Shown in pieces: positions 12,557 to 27,404 of a stretch of DNA of 64,000 nucleotides. The notes under the pieces were generated by a model, which saw only the letters and a program-made list of their open reading frames with translations, did not search any database and had not been told where the DNA came from. The stretch's first letter is position 1, and every line of letters begins with the position of its first letter. The stretch lies in contig NC_043020.1 in the NCBI RefSeq assembly GCF_006345805.1, positions 22,816,001-22,880,000 on the forward strand. Reading direction: 5' to 3'. The DNA is from Octopus sinensis. Lineage: Eukaryota. Both the position numbers and the translations under genes were made by a program.

Positions 12557-12733
12557 TATATATATATATATACATTTCATGCCAAACCAGGCTGGAACCC
12601 AGTGCAGTTATCTGGCATGCCTGTTCCAGTCAAACTCTCTAACCCATGCCAGCATGGAAAACAGACAGTAAATGATGATGATGATGATGATGATGATGAC
12701 GATGATGGTGATGATAGATATACATATATATAC

Positions 12734-12773
<40 letters not shown>

Positions 12774-12884
12774 ACACACAAACATATTCTTTTATTCTTT
12801 TATTTGTTTCAGTCATGTGACTCAGGCTATACAGTAGAAGCCTTGTGAGTGGATTTGGTAGATGGAAACTGAAAGAAGCCCATC

Positions 12885-12925
<41 letters not shown>

Positions 12926-13193
12926 TGTGTGCGTGTGTGTGCACGTGTGTGTGTGTGTGGTGGTGTGCGTGTGTGTATGTGTTTGTATGGCTGTGTTTGT
13001 CTTCCCGCCATCACTTCACATCCAATGTTGGTGTGTTTACGTCCCTATAACTTAGCGGTTCAGCAACAGGGACCGATGGAAAAGTCCTGAGGTCGATTTG
13101 CTCAACTAAAATCTTTGCTCCAGCATGGCCGCCGTCAAATGACTGAAACAAGTAAAAAAAATATAAGAATATATATATGTGTGTGTATGTCTG

Positions 13194-13214
<21 letters not shown>

Positions 13215-13224
<10 letters not shown>

Positions 13225-13445
13225 TGAGATCACCATGTTGATTCGCTAGCCTCTGCACACATTTTTTTTCTCTCCTTGTTTCTTTCTGTGTTTCTTTTCT
13301 GTGTATCTTTCTGTTGAAGAGCGTAGGCTCGAAACGTAAAAGACTTGTTTTATTTATATTCCTGAGCGCCATACTAATACAATTGTTTGTTTGTATTCCA
13401 CCTGCCTTCGTCTTTTGTTTATTTTCATAAAGCTTCCCCCGTTAT
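13215..13445 (+). mobile_element. Short non-autonomous element with hammerhead-like motif (13306-13343)
   Basis: TCTTT-CTGTTGAA-GAGC(GTAG)GCTC-GAAA-CG-TA-AAAGA, flanked by (TA)n. Homologues at 15145-15290 and 63110-63300. Confidence 0.6.
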
Positions 13446-15144
13446 ATATATATGTATATATCTATGTGTGTGTGTCTTTGTGTCCATGTTTGTTCTCACC
13501 CAACCCCCACCGGTTGACAACCAGTGTTGGCGTGTTTATGTTCCCGTGACTTAGCAGTTTGGCAAAACAGACCAATAAAATAAGTACCAGGCTTAAAAAG
13601 TAAATTACTCCGGAATCAATTTTGTTTGACTAAAAATTCTTGGGGGGGGGCATTGCCCCAGCATGGCCACAGTCTAATGACTGAAAGAAGTAAAAGAGTA
13701 AAAGCTTAAAGAATAAAGAAGGAAATCAGGGAGCTGAATGAGAGGGAATAAGTCCCACACCACCATCGCCGCCACCACCATGGGGTGGGAGCAGTGGAGG
13801 AGGTGAATTAGGGGTGGCTTGGGTTAGGTGTAGTATATACAGTGACATTTTGCCTCACTTGAGATAAATGTCTAATTAACCTTCACCACCACCACCGCCC
13901 CACCCCCTCAACCTCACCTACCCACTCAGACCCACCCACCCACCCCGGATCCCTTTCTCTCAGCCAAACTGATATTAAGTAGGGAGTTGTGATATTTTGT
14001 CACTTCAGGGTAGTTGTGTATGGGGAACGTGGGGTGGGTAGTTTTGTATGTGTGTGCGTATGTGTATACACGTGTGTGTGTGGTGTATACACGTGAGGTG
14101 TGTTTGTGTAGGGTATACACAGACATCAGACCACACTCACACACACATGCACGCGCACGCACGACACACACCACACACACACACAATATATATATATATA
14201 CATATATTTATATATATATATATATATAGGTATACATATATATATATATATACTATATATATATAATATATATATACTATACATACATATAATATATATA
14301 TATTATATATATATATAGATTATAATATATATGTATATATACAGAGAGAGGAGAGAGAGGAGGTGAAAGAGCGAGCGGTAGACATATATATATTCATGCA
14401 AATACACACATGTATACACACACACACACACACATATACACGGATTTATATACATATAATGTTGGTATATGCAAGTGTATTTATGTGTGTGTATTTATGT
14501 GTGTGTATGTATGTGTGTATATGTATGTGTGTTTGTATGTATACACACACATGCACACACGCTGTTGTTCTTTCCTTAGAATCTCCAAACAACTCCCTAT
14601 AAACCTTGTAGTCTGGTGACATCTAATCAGGGGCAGAAAAAGGGCAAAATTGTCAGTAATGTGGTTGGTGACAGTGGGTGGGTGGGTGGTGGTGTTATTA
14701 AGTGGAGTGGTGTATCCCACACACACACAGATGTATATAGGCTGTGTGTGTGTGTGTGGGTGTGTATGTCTGTGCGTGGGTGTTGTTGGTGATGATGGTG
14801 GTAGTGGTGGTGGTGGTGGTGGTGGTGGTGGTGGTGTGGTGGTGGTGGTGGTGGTGGTTTTGGTGGTGGTATGGTTTATGATGTATGTGTAGGTGGTGTT
14901 TTGTGGGTGGTAGTGAGATGTGTGTGTGTGTGTGTGTATGTATATATATCATCATCATCATTCTTTAACACCATCTATGAAATTGAGATGACAAAGGAAT
15001 AAGCAGTCATCTTATGATCTTCATTAGCTTACGGCTGTTTCTGCTACAGGATTCAGTGCACTCATAGTGGAGTGCCTGAGTAAAACTTTATAGCTTTATC
15101 AGAGCCTTGAATACGAAATACATACATACATATATATATATATA

Positions 15145-15290
15145 TGTTTCTTCTGTGTCCCTTTCTGTCAAAGAGCGTAGGCTCGAAATATAAAAGACTT
15201 CTTCTATTCCTGAGCGTTATACTAATACATCTGTTTGTTTTGTACACCACCTGTGTTCATCTTTAGTTTTTTCGTAAACTCTCCCTATAT
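15145..15290 (+). mobile_element. Same short hammerhead-like family, decayed
   Basis: CTGTCAAAGAGCGTAGGCTCGAAATATAAAAGA at 15165-15197; between (TA)n runs. Confidence 0.55.
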
Positions 15291-15350
15291 ATATACTATA
15301 TATCTTATATATATATATATATATAATATTATATATAGTATATATATATA

Positions 15351-15770
15351 TTCTTTATTTGTGAATTAAGGCTACCATTGGTTTTCATGTTAAGAAAAGT
15401 AGGAAAATATCCTAGTGTCTTAACAATTTTTCAAGCCGATCACACGGAGAAAGATGTTTGCCTCCATTTTCTGTACATGAAACCAATGATAGCCTTAATT
15501 CACAAATAAAGAAATTATATCCACCAATACGGTGTTGAGCACTCATTTAATCATATACATGACCGCGTGTGAACCATTGGCGATTTTTTTTTCCTTCGTC
15601 TTCTCTTCTTTGGATCTTTCCTTTTCCTATGTTTCTGACGAAGAGCTCTGCTCAAAACATTAAATCCGCCTTTTTCTTTCCTTTCCTGAGCGTCCAATAA
15701 CACTACTTGTTCCACGTCCTCGCGTTGTTATGTTTTCTCTTTGTGTTTTCATGTTTGGATTAACTGTATA
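15351..15770 (+). mobile_element. Short element with a terminal inverted duplication (15351-15390 vs 15475-15513) and a decayed hammerhead (15631-15663)
   Basis: About 40-bp inverted arms; CTGACGA-A-GAGC(TCT)GCTC-AAAA. The 3' part matches 10705-10825 and minus-strand 37880-38045. Confidence 0.55.
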
Positions 15771-15771
15771 C

Positions 15772-15830
<59 letters not shown>

Positions 15831-15949
15831 ATATATATATATATGGGCTGTTACACTGTTTTAGCTACTCACTCTCCAGCTGACATTAGGGTGGTTGAGT
15901 CATCTGGATCTATATTCTGTTTTGTGAGTGTTTCCAAGAGTGACTGAGA

Positions 15950-16215
15950 CAGCCACTAACAACAGCCTACTCCAAAAGCCTTGAATTTCTCCCCATCCTT
16001 AATGACTATCAGGACAGCTTTCATAAAACCAGATATACTGGATCTGGCTCCCATATCTTACTAATTGACTCTCTTCCTTGAAAAATCTAATGAAAGCAAT
16101 GTTGTAAAACACCCAGCTATGTTTGGCATGTGAATCTCCTCTCAGAACTACCTGCTTGTGGGCTCCACTCTGAGTTGATTGAAATACGGGAAATATTGCT
16201 GCAGCCTTTGTCTTT
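15950..16215 (+). mobile_element. Degenerate L2/CR1-like LINE RT fragment
   Basis: YQDSFHKTRYTG resembles QYGFRxxRSTG; VWHVNLLSELPACGLHSELI resembles VWHxxLLxKLxxYG. Confidence 0.5.
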
Positions 16216-16289
16216 CAGAGAAATTATATATATTACATCACTACCATCACTGATACCTCCAGTTTTTAGCCTCACTATCATCACAACCA

Positions 16290-17400
16290 TTGCAGCCACC
16301 AGCATTATCCCTACAATCACCACATCTACCACCAGCATTACTACCACAACCACCACAATAGCCACTTGAACACCTCCACCACCACCATCATCATCATTAT
16401 CACTATTATTGCCCCTTCTTCATCGTCACTACCACATCCACCACCACCATAACTCTCACCAGAAGTGTCTCTCTGTGGTCTTTGGACCTGCTAGAAATAG
16501 CAGTCAAATCTCTCTGAAATCATATACCACCATTTTTTTAACAAACAAGAACACATTGGTTGACATTGTCCTCCTTGTTATACAATGTCAGGTTGGTCAT
16601 GGTTAGAATGGTTGTGCTCAATCGAAGCAGGTTTGAGAAAAGAAAACAACAACAACAGCACCATCATCATCACCATTACCATCCTCTACAACAACTACAA
16701 CTATAACCACAACCTCTGCGCTGACACCATCACCACCACCACCACCATCACCATATCAACACATTAACACTACTAGCAACAACAACAGCACATTCACACC
16801 TCTTACACCACCACCTGTACCATCATCACAACCACTACCAACCACAACAATACGTTAAAACCACTTACTGCACCATCACCGCCACCACCTCTACCCTACT
16901 ACTACCACCACCACTACTACTACCACCAAAACTACCACCAACACTACTACTACCAACACCACTACCACCAACACCACTACTACCAACACCACTAACAACA
17001 ACACTACCACCACTACTATACCACTAACACCACTACCACCAACACTACCACCACTACTATACCACCAACACCACTACCACCAACACCACTACTACCACCA
17101 TCACTATACCACCAACACCACAACCACCAACACCACTACCACCAACACCACTACTATCACCACCACCACTACCACCACCACCACCACTACTACCACCAAC
17201 ACTACCACCACCACTATACCACCAACACCACTACTACCACCAACAACACTATCACCAACACCACTATCACCAAGAGCATCAACAACAACAATATATTAAT
17301 ACCACTTACACAACCACCTTTACTATCATCACCACCACCACCAACACTATCACCACCACCAAATCACCAACATTATCTCCACTGCCACCACCACCACCAC
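16290..17400. repeat. Long degenerate (ACC/ACT/AAC)n triplet microsatellite
   Basis: Direct inspection. Confidence 0.9.
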
Positions 17401-17584
17401 CGCTACCTGACACTGCTCCACCCCTGCTCAATTTTCACAACTTCCTGTCTGTCTGTGAGAAAGGTGGGGGGTGGGGGCAGGGTTAAATCACTCCAACAAT
17501 TGCACAACACCCCATTCCCACCCCGACCACCCCATTTCCTGCAGTAGTCTTCCTCAATGGAAGCTCCACCGCTTCCTTCATGTG

Positions 17585-18270
17585 TTGTGTGTGTGTGTGT
17601 GTGTATGCATATGTATGTATGTATATAGGTGTGTGTGTGTGTGTGTGTGTGCTTGTATGTATGTGTTTATATATGTTAGTCTTGTATGTTATGTAGCATT
17701 ATGTATCTGTTTTACTAGCTGTGTGCATGTGTGTGTGTAGGTGTGTGTGTCTGTGTGTTTATGTAGCTTTATGTATGTGTGATCATAGCTTTGTGAGTGT
17801 GTGTGTGTGCATGTGTGTGCGTATGTGTGTCTGTGCGTATGTGTGTCTGTGTGTGTATGTATGTGTGGATGTCGGTGTGAGCATGTGTGTGTGTATATGT
17901 GTGTCTGTGTGTGAGTGTACACGTGTGTGTGTGTGTATGTGTGTCTGTGTGTGTACATGTGTGTGCGGATGTGTGTCTGTGTTTGTATGTATGTGTATGC
18001 ATGTCGGTGTGAGCATGTGTGTATGTATATGTGTGTCTGTGTGTGACTGTAGATATGTGTGCATATGTGTGTCTGTGTGTGTGTAAATGTATGTGTGTAT
18101 GTGTCTGTGTGTGTATGTATAAGTGTGCATGTCAGTGTGAGCATGTGTGTGTGTATGCGTGTGCATAGCGGTGTGTGTTGCGTATGTTTACGTGCATATG
18201 TGCGTATGTATGTGTGTGTGAATGTATGTGTGTGTGAATGTATGTGTATGGATGCATGTGTGCATGTTTC
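17585..18270. repeat. Degenerate (TG)n low-complexity tract
   Basis: Direct inspection. Confidence 0.9.
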
Positions 18271-18329
18271 TAAGTCTCTCTGAAGGAGACTACGGCAGCA
18301 GTACTGGATATCAATAGTTATCGCCAAGC

Positions 18330-18700
18330 TAACATGACAGTCCAGAAATATAGGACGAATGCTGCCGTTGATTAACTCCAAGAGGCCATCGCCTCTAGCT
18401 AGCTATGTGACACTCAAATCTGTGTCCATTATAGCCTTCGAACAGGAGAGGTCAGCTGCTTCCCCTTGCTGGTCAGGCATATGCAGACTAGTTTCAGGGT
18501 ATTTGCCCTTTATCAATGCAGAGCAGCTGAATCCAGCAGGCGTCACTACTGACCACCTGTTCGAATGATTGCATTGTTCAATTAAATGGAGTTGCTTTAA
18601 ACGATAGTACTGCATTACCTCTGGATATCCTTGTTGCTTATTTTGATTTTAATCCACTTATTTTGAAATTGTATGGATAATACCGTACTAAATTCTGGTG
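18330..18700 (+). mobile_element. Possible highly decayed LINE RT C-terminal fragment
   Basis: IVQLNGVALNDSTALPLDIL resembles the L2-type IxLNGxxLxExxxLxILG; many stops. Confidence 0.3.
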
Positions 18701-19214
18701 CTTCGACTTAGGTACCATATTCTTCTGAATCTAAATGTTTGCTTAACTCATCTACCATACCCAATATATATGTGTGTGTGTGTGTGTGTGCACATATGCA
18801 GTTGTGTACAAGTGAAATATTATGTTTATTAAATAACACAGAGAAATTCTAATTAAAAATTTATTGAATGTAGAGAAATTTCTTGGTATTAAACCAAGAT
18901 AACCATCATTATCTGTCTGTAATCAGCAAAACCTATAATTTCTCTCTCTCTCTTTCTCTCCCTGTCTCTCTCTCTCTTCTCTCTCTCTCTCGCTCTCTAT
19001 CTCTCTCTCTCTCTCTCTGCATATATATATTTATATATATATTTATATATATAATATATATATATATATATACTTTATTAAAGCAGAAAAAAATTCAACA
19101 AAACATGTTACTCTGAGTTTCCCGTTGCCGTTCATCGGACAGTTTTTGCTAGAATATATATATATTATACTCCTGCGCCTATATATATATATATATAATA
19201 TATATATATATATA

Positions 19215-19388
19215 GGCGCAGGAGTGGCTGTGTAGTAAGTAGCTTGTTTACCAACCACATGGTTCGGGTTCAGTCCCATGCGTGGCACCTTGGGATAGTG
19301 TCTTCTACTATAGCCTCGGCCGACCAAAGCTTGTGAGTGGATTTGGTAGGCGGAAACTGAAGAGAGCCCGTCGTATATATGTATATAT

Positions 19389-19422
<34 letters not shown>

Positions 19423-19669
19423 CTATATATATATATATATCTATGTGCGTGTGTGTGTTTGTGTGTCTGTGTTTGTCCCCCCAACATCGCTTGACAACCA
19501 ATGCTGGTGTGTTTATGTCCCTGTAACGTAGCGGTTCGGCAAAAGAGACCGATAGAATAAGTACTGGGCTTACAAAAGAATAAGTCCCGGGGTCGAGTTG
19601 CTCGATTAAAGGCAGTGTTCCAGCATGGCCACAGTCAAATGACTGAAACAAGTAAAAGAGTAAAAGAGT
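19215..19669 (+). mobile_element. Full-length tRNA-derived SINE
   Basis: GGCGCAGGAGTGGCTGTGTAGTAAG head, (TA)n middle, GTAAAAGAGTAAAAGAG tail. Confidence 0.85.
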
Positions 19670-20682
19670 AATATATATATACATATATATATCTGTCTAT
19701 CTATCTTTCTATCTATTATCTGTCTTTATCTGTCTGTCTCACACTCTCTCTTTTTCTCTATCTCACTCACTCTGTATCCCTTACTCTCTTTCACCCTTCA
19801 CTCCCTCTCTCTCCTCTCTCTCCTTCTACCTCTCTATTTCTGACTCTATTTTGCAGTCTCCATCACCTTCTTTCTCTCTGTCTTTCTGCCTCTATCTCTC
19901 ATTCTATCTCTCTCTATCTCACTGTATCTCCATCCTTCTCTTTCTCTCAGTCTTTCTCTCTACTTCTCACTCAGTCTTTCTCTCTCCCCCCTCTCTCTCT
20001 CTCCAACTCCCTTACTCTCTTTCTCCTTCTCTTTCTTTCATATTTACACAATCATTAAAAATATTTTTTTGTGGTATTTTACAAATTTTTTTCTCAGAAA
20101 ATAATTAATTTTGTAAAAAATGAAAACTTACAAATAAAAATAAACAGGGTCATAGCTGGGTAGCAAGAAGCTTGCTTCCCAACCACATAGTTACAGGTTC
20201 AGTCCCACTGCATGACACCTTGGGCAAGTGTCTTCTACTATAGCCTCAAGCTGATCAAAGCCTTGTGAGTATATTTCGTTGATGGAAACTGTAAGAAGCC
20301 TGTTATCATCATAATCATTGTCATCACCATCATCATCATCATCATCATTTAACATCCGTTTTTCCATGCTGGCATGGGTTGGATGGTTTAACTGAAAATT
20401 GGTAAGCTGGGGGAGTTGCACCAGGTTCCAATCTAATTTACCATCGTTTCTATAACTGGATGCCCTTCTTAATGCCAAAAGCTCCAAGAGTGTAGTGGGT
20501 GCTAATTACGTGCCACCAGCAAGGATCCCAGTTACATAGAACCAGGATCAGTCTCAACTACGATCTCACTTGGCTTGTAGGGTCTTCTCAAGCATTGTAT
20601 ATCGCCAAAGGTCTTGGTCACTGTTTACGTGTTTACGTACCACCAGCACAGGTACTATTTACACAACACTGGCATAGGCCAC

Positions 20683-20740
<58 letters not shown>

Positions 20741-21290
20741 ATGTATGTGTGTGTATATAGTGAAGGCATATGCCTCAGTGGTTAGAGCATTGAGCTTATG
20801 ATCTTGAGGTTTGTGAGTTCGATTCCCGGACTGGGCTGCGTGCTGTGTCTTGAGCAAGACACTTTATTTCACTTTAACTCCATTCACTCAGCTTTAAAAA
20901 TGAGTTGCGAGATCATATGGTGCCAAGCTGTAGTCACCCCTTTGCCTTTCCCTTGGATAACACTGGTGGCATGGAGAGGGGAGGCCGGTATGCATGGTGC
21001 GACTGCTGGCCTTCCTAAACATCATTGCCCAGTCTTGTGCCAGTAGGTGCAATACCATGGTCAGTCATGATCAAAGGGGGTCTCAGCATTTAATATATAT
21101 ATATACATACATCACACACACACACCAACACAACACACACACACACACACATATATATATTATATATATATATACATATATAATATATATCTATATATAT
21201 AGATATAAATATTATATATATATATGTAGGTCCCGGGTTGATCGGGGTTAACCACAGTAAATAAGGTACTCAATACATAAAGTAAAATTA

Positions 21291-21419
21291 ATTTATTATA
21301 TAGAAGAGCTTCTACAGACTAGAACTGTTTCATTCAAAGAAATCTTCAGGAAGCTTCCTGAAGATTTCTCTTGAATGAAACAGTTCTAGTCCTGTAGAAG
21401 CTCCTTCTATATAATAAAT
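21291..21419. repeat. About 129-bp loopless palindrome next to (TA)n
   Basis: Centre AAGCTT at 21351-21356; arms differ only by a few 1-2 bp indels. Confidence 0.9.
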
Positions 21420-21459
<40 letters not shown>

Positions 21460-21471
21460 TATACATACATG

Positions 21472-21528
<57 letters not shown>

Positions 21529-21940
21529 ACCTGCATATATGTGTTTTTTAACACTATACCTCTTTGTCTTTTCACTATTTATTCACATTATTTTGAATTG
21601 TTCAGGTATTAATTAACTTGTCCCTTTTGAGATTTCAATAATGAGATTGTTTATTTTTAGAATGACATTGTAGGGTTGGTGCAAGGTGCTGGATCTGGCT
21701 GATTTAGACATAAACCGGGGGAGAATATTTGAGCTGGATATGAACGGCTATGACCGATTTAAATTCTGAAGGGTTAAAGTGATTTTTTCTTTTCTTGAAT
21801 GAAAAAAAACAGCAGATTCTGATACTTAAACAACACACGTACTTTTGAATATTTATATATATATGTACACACACACATAATATATGTTTATATATATGTG
21901 TATATATATATATATATATAATATATATATATATATATAG

Positions 21941-21975
<35 letters not shown>

Positions 21976-22354
21976 TATGTGTATGAGGCCATGTATGGTG
22001 TATACATGCAGACGTATTATATATGTGTGTATATATATATATATATAGGCTATATATATATATATTATATATATTGTATATATATATATATTCTCTATTT
22101 TCTTATCTTATGGTGACCCTCAAATTCTATATCAGTGAAATTACATGATTTTAATTACTCTCCCTCTCTCCCTCTCTCCCTCCCTCTATCTCCATCTCTC
22201 TCTCTCTCCTTTCTCTCCTTATCGGTCACCGTCTCCTTCAATCTCATGGCATCTCTTCTGGTTTTTTTCCTTTTGCATTTTCCTCTTTTCTTTCTGTGTT
22301 TTTCTTTCCATGTTCCTCCCACCCCTTCCCTCCTCTCGCTATCCTACCCCCCTC

Positions 22355-22385
<31 letters not shown>

Positions 22386-22910
22386 GCACACATACACACA
22401 CACAGAGGCACATACACAAGCACACACACACACTCACACATGCATACACATGCACACATGTGCACACACACTTACACACACACAGAGGCACATGCACACT
22501 CACACACACATGTACATACACACATACACCCAAGCACACACACATACACACAAGCTCACACACACACACACACACATGCACGCACAAGCCCAGGCATATA
22601 TTTCACAGTGGTAAGTGTCCCCACCTGTCACGCAGAGAACTGGGTTCAATTCCCCACCAGGGAAACAATATACATTTTAAACCACAGGAGAGGCTTTGTA
22701 GATAAGAAGCTTGCTAAGGCGCAGGCATAGTTGTATGGATAAGGAGCTTGCTTCCCAACCACATGATTTCAGGTTCAAGCCCACTGCATAGCACCTTGGA
22801 CAAGTGTCTTCTACTCAGGTCAACCAAAGCTTTATGAGTGGAAATGGAACATGGAAACTGAAAGAAGCCCTAATATGTGTATGTGTGTACTTCTTACCAG
22901 CTGCACCTAT

Positions 22911-23320
22911 TCTTTTGTTCTTTTACTTGTTTCAGTCATTTGACTGTGGCCATGCTGGAGCAATGCCTTTAGTCGAGCAAATCAACCCCAGGACTTATTC
23001 TTTGTAAGCCTAGTACTTATTCTATCAATCTCTTTTGCCGAACCACTAAGTTAAGGGGATGTAAACACACCAGCATCGATTGTCAAGCGATGTTGGGGGG
23101 ACAAATACAAACACACAAACAAGCACACACACACACACATATACATATACATATATATGATAGGCTTCTTTCAGTTTCCGTCTACCAAATCCACTCACCA
23201 GGTTGTGGTCGGCCCGAGACTATAGTAGAAGGCACTTGCCCAAGGTGCCACGGAGTAGGACTGAACCCGGAACTATGTGGTTGGTAAGCAAGCTACTTAC
23301 AACACCGCCACTCCTGCACC
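22911..23320 (-). mobile_element. Full-length tRNA-derived SINE
   Basis: Same family as 9485-9956. Confidence 0.82.
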
Positions 23321-23529
23321 TATACATGAGTGTGTGTTTATGTGTGGCTGTGTGTTAAGTAGCTTGCTTACCAGCCATATGGTTCTGGGTTCAGTCCCAC
23401 TGCATGGCACCTTGAGCAAGTGTCTTCTACTATAGCCTCAGGCTGACCAAAGCCTTGTGAGTGGATTTGGTACACAGAAACTGAAAGAAGCCCATTAATA
23501 TATATATATATATTTATATATATATATAG

Positions 23530-23785
23530 CGGCTATCTGGCCTCTGTGCCGGTGGCATGTAAAAGACACCATTCGAGCGTGATCGATATCAGCATCGCCT
23601 TACTGGCACATAAAAGCACCCACTACACTCTCGGAGTGGTTGGCGTTAGGAAGGGCATCCAGCTGTAGAAACTCTGCCAGATCAAGATTGGAGCCTGGTG
23701 CAGCCATCTGGTTTGCCAGACCCCAGTCAAATCATCCAACCCATGCTAGCATGGAAAGCGGATGTTAAACGACAATGATGATGGA
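23530..23785 (+). mobile_element. RTE 3' UTR fragment
   Basis: AAAAGCACCCACTACACTCTCGGAGTGGTTGGCGTTAGGAAGGGCATCCAGCTG and (GAT)n tail. Confidence 0.8.
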
Positions 23786-23805
23786 TATATATATATATAT
23801 ATATC

Positions 23806-23861
<56 letters not shown>

Positions 23862-24243
23862 TATATATAATATATATATACATATGATGTGCACATATAT
23901 ATTAATGGTGGTGACGATGATGATGATGATATTTAAATACTGAATGATGTTAACACTTATTCACTTTTTGCGGTTTATATTTTTTGCTGTTACACAAGAT
24001 AGAGAGGGGGGAGAGAGGTGGGGGGTGGGGGAGACAGAAGTATCGAGTTCCATGTTGCTGAAACCAAAGAACTGAAATCACATAAGCAAGAGTTTATAAT
24101 TAATAATCTGCATTAGCGAAATCATGTGTGTGTTGTTATTGTTGTTGTTGTTGTGTGTGTGTGTGTGTGCATTTCTCTGTGTGTATGTGTGAGTGTGTGT
24201 GTATTTGTGTGTGTGTATATTTGTGTATGAGCATGTGAGTTTA

Positions 24244-24276
<33 letters not shown>

Positions 24277-25282
24277 TTGTGTGCGAGCATGTGTGTCGAT
24301 CTGTGTGTGTGTGTGTGTGTATTTATGTATGTTGCTGAATTTGTGTGTGCATATGTGCATGTGTATATTTGTGTGTGTATGTGTGCATTTGGATGTGTGC
24401 CTATGTGTATTTGTGTGTATGTGTGTATGTATGTGTGTGTGTGTGTGTGTATGTATACCCTTGTTTTGATATCGGGTAATGGTTTCAAACAAGCATCACC
24501 ATCGTACAAAAAGATGCCAGTTGCTTCCAGTTTCCTGTGGAAAACATGTCTGGCCATGAGGAAACGTTACTCTGCTTGGAAACCAGTAAGGGTTGGTGAC
24601 AGGAACAGCATCCAGCCATAGAAAATCTCAAAAAAAAAAGTATGGGGATCGATTTATTTGACTAAGAATTCTTCAAGGCAGTACCCCAGCATGGCCGTAC
24701 TCTAATGACCTGTGTAATGTACTATCCTTTTTTTCTTTAAAACAACAGTAGGATGTAATTTGAGGGAAATATTATCTGTTATTTCTAGCATGTCAGACAG
24801 CCCTGTAGAGACTCCGTTGTTGGCTCATCTTACCAATTCTGGTTTCTATTTTGGTTCTGCTTTCTTCTTTCTGAAAGAATGAGCAATTCTTTGAATCATT
24901 GAGCTCAGGTTTTTTATAGATTCAAAGGAATTTATTTTAGGGAGTTTATTTTTAGGGTAGTGGTGGGGTTTAAGGGGTTTGGGTTGTCTTTTTTAAAGGG
25001 GTCGGCGACAGAGTATTTGGATGCTTTTATAATTCTTTATTTCAATTTATATTTTTGATCTTTTACTTCTTTTCTTTATTAGATTGTGGCCATGCTGGGG
25101 CACTGCCTTGAAGAATTCTTAGTTGAATAAATCGACCCCTGTACTTTTTTTTTTTTTTTTTTTTTTGAGCCTGGTACTTATTGTATCGCTCTACTTTTCA
25201 TGCACTGCTAAGTTACGGGGATGTGAACACAGGGGGATTTGACAAACACTTGTCAAACGGTGGTGGACAACAAACACTAACT

Positions 25283-25353
<71 letters not shown>

Positions 25354-26208
25354 TCACACACATACACACACACATGCACAGAATGGACTTCTTTCAGTTT
25401 CTGTCTGCCAAATTCCCTCAGAGGGTTTCTCGGACCAAGGATATGGTAAAAGACATTTGCCCAAGGTGTCACGCTGTAGTATTGAACCCGGAACCATGTT
25501 ATTGGGAAGCAAGCTTCTAACCACACAACCACGTTATGCATAAGCATATACAACAGGCTTCTTTCAGTTTCCGTCTACTCAATTCGCTCACAAGGCTTTG
25601 GTCAGCACAGTCTGAGAGAGACAGACACACAGACAAACAGATAGATAAAGAGACATACATATATACATACATACATACATACATAGATGGACGGACGAAC
25701 GGACAGATAGACAGACAGACAGACAGATGCTGTTTAAGATCACTTTTACCATAGGTAGAAAGCTTTATTTAGATTTAGAGCCACAGGCAGATCTACTTCT
25801 CACCAAATTGTTTGGAATAAAGTGAGGAATTTTAGGTTTGTTTACTCAGGTTAAATGTACCAATTCTAAGACTGACAGAAAATGCCAGAACTTTTGTGAT
25901 CTTTCATTCATCAGCTGATGAGGAGAATAGTTTGAAGTATTACAAGATGCATGCATAATATCTTTTTATTTCATTCATTGGGCTGTGGCCATGCTGGGGC
26001 ACCACTTCGAAGAGTTTTAGTCAAAGAGACTGACCCCAGTATTTTTTTTTTTTTTTAAGTTTGGTAGTTATTTTATTGAGTCTCTTTTGCAAAACTTATT
26101 AGTTAAAGGGACATAAACAAACCAGCACCTATTATTAAACAGTGAGTGAGAGGACAGACAAAAACTGAAAGACAAAACACACACACACACTCACACACAC
26201 ACACACAC

Positions 26209-26297
26209 CAAGTATTTGAACCCAGTATTTGAACTCAGTGTTTGAACCAAGTATTTGAACTCAGTATTTGAACCCAGTATTTGAACTCAGTATTTGA
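26209..26297. repeat. 13-bp minisatellite (CAGTATTTGAACY), about 7 units
   Basis: Direct inspection. Confidence 0.9.
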
Positions 26298-26988
26298 TAA
26301 CATCAGTGGCATGGAGAGAGGTGGCCGGTATGCATGGGTGACTGCTGGTCTTCCATAAACAACCTTGCCCAGATTTGTGCCTGGGAGAGTAACTTTCTAG
26401 GTGCAATCCCATGGTCAGTCATGACCGAAGGAGGTCTCAATAATAATAATAATAATCAAAATTCTTTCTACTGGAAGCACACGACCTCAAATTTTGGGGA
26501 AGGAATTAAGTCAATTACATCAACTCCAGTGCGTGACTGATACTTATTTAATCAACCCCGAAAGGATGAAAGGCAAAGTTGACCTCAGCGGAATTTAAAC
26601 TCAGAACATAAAAACGGACAAAATGCCTCTAAGCATTTTCCCGAGCCTGTTAATGATTCTGCCAGCTCATTGCTTTAAAGATCTGAAAAATTGTTATTGA
26701 AAATGTGTTTACAGGTTTAATCAGACCAGATTAATGAAATGCCGGTCCCTGACAAGGTGTATGTGTTAAATGACGTAATGCATAACTCAGCTGAAGTTAG
26801 AAAAAATTGTATAAAACAGATTGGAGAGATGTTAAACCGTTATCTGGCAAAGGAAGAATGTTGGGGAAATAAACATGAAGGAATATCTTCTTATTCTGCA
26901 TGCATCTTCATTCGTGTTCATCTCTGTATACGTATATGTGTGTGTGTGTGTGTTGGTTGATAAAAGGATATCTATGTATGTGTGTGTG

Positions 26989-27028
<40 letters not shown>

Positions 27029-27129
27029 GAAGCTGAAGTTGTCTGTGTATGGCAGGTTTAGTAGCCTTCAACTAACACTATCTCCTCTGAGCCCTGCGGC
27101 GCAAGTTGACCAAAATTGAAAGTATGATA

Positions 27130-27404
27130 GAAGAAGGCTTGCTCTTCCTTCCATAGAAGATAAAATTCAAATCGGACTATGTTAACACCAAAAATTATTT
27201 ACATCAAAAAAGTGCTTTTTTCTATGAAAATCCCTATTTTTAACGATTTTTTTACTGCTGTGTTGCCATTTTCCGGTGTATTTCAACCAGAAAAATGTTC
27301 ACTTAAAGAGAATAACAAGCTACATAATGCAACTTTTTTCCTGTTCAAAAATTCTAATTCTAAAGGGTCGAAACAAACCCGAGCAATGCAGGGCGATACT
27401 GCTA
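27130..27404 (+). mobile_element. Possible Helitron-like non-autonomous fragment
   Basis: Ends with CCCGAGCAATGCAGGGCGATACTGCTA: GC-rich hairpin-like subterminus followed by CTA. Confidence 0.35.

Noticed and set aside
16290-17400. Long Thr-rich mucin-like reading (also 39330-39790)
   Set aside because: Pure triplet microsatellite drift, with no signal peptide, splice context or flanking domains.
19105-19145. Additional hammerhead-like strings (also 29510-29570 minus, 36930, 62783)
   Set aside because: Core or stem pairing is too damaged to call individually.
20761-20850. tRNA-like sequences (also 34617, 39944, 50985, 62426)
   Set aside because: A/B boxes are present but there is no complete cloverleaf, and each continues into a SINE body; they are SINE heads, not tRNA genes.
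11573-25754. Dozens of ORFs rich in YI, HT, CV, LS, I or V repeats (also 45-63 kb)
   Set aside because: Translations of (TA)n, (CA)n, (CT)n and (ATT)n microsatellites and SINE interiors.
24830-26930. Short unique stretches with splice-like sites (24830-24940 minus, 25850-25950, 26715-26756)
   Set aside because: No recognisable protein motif and only one convincing splice site in each.
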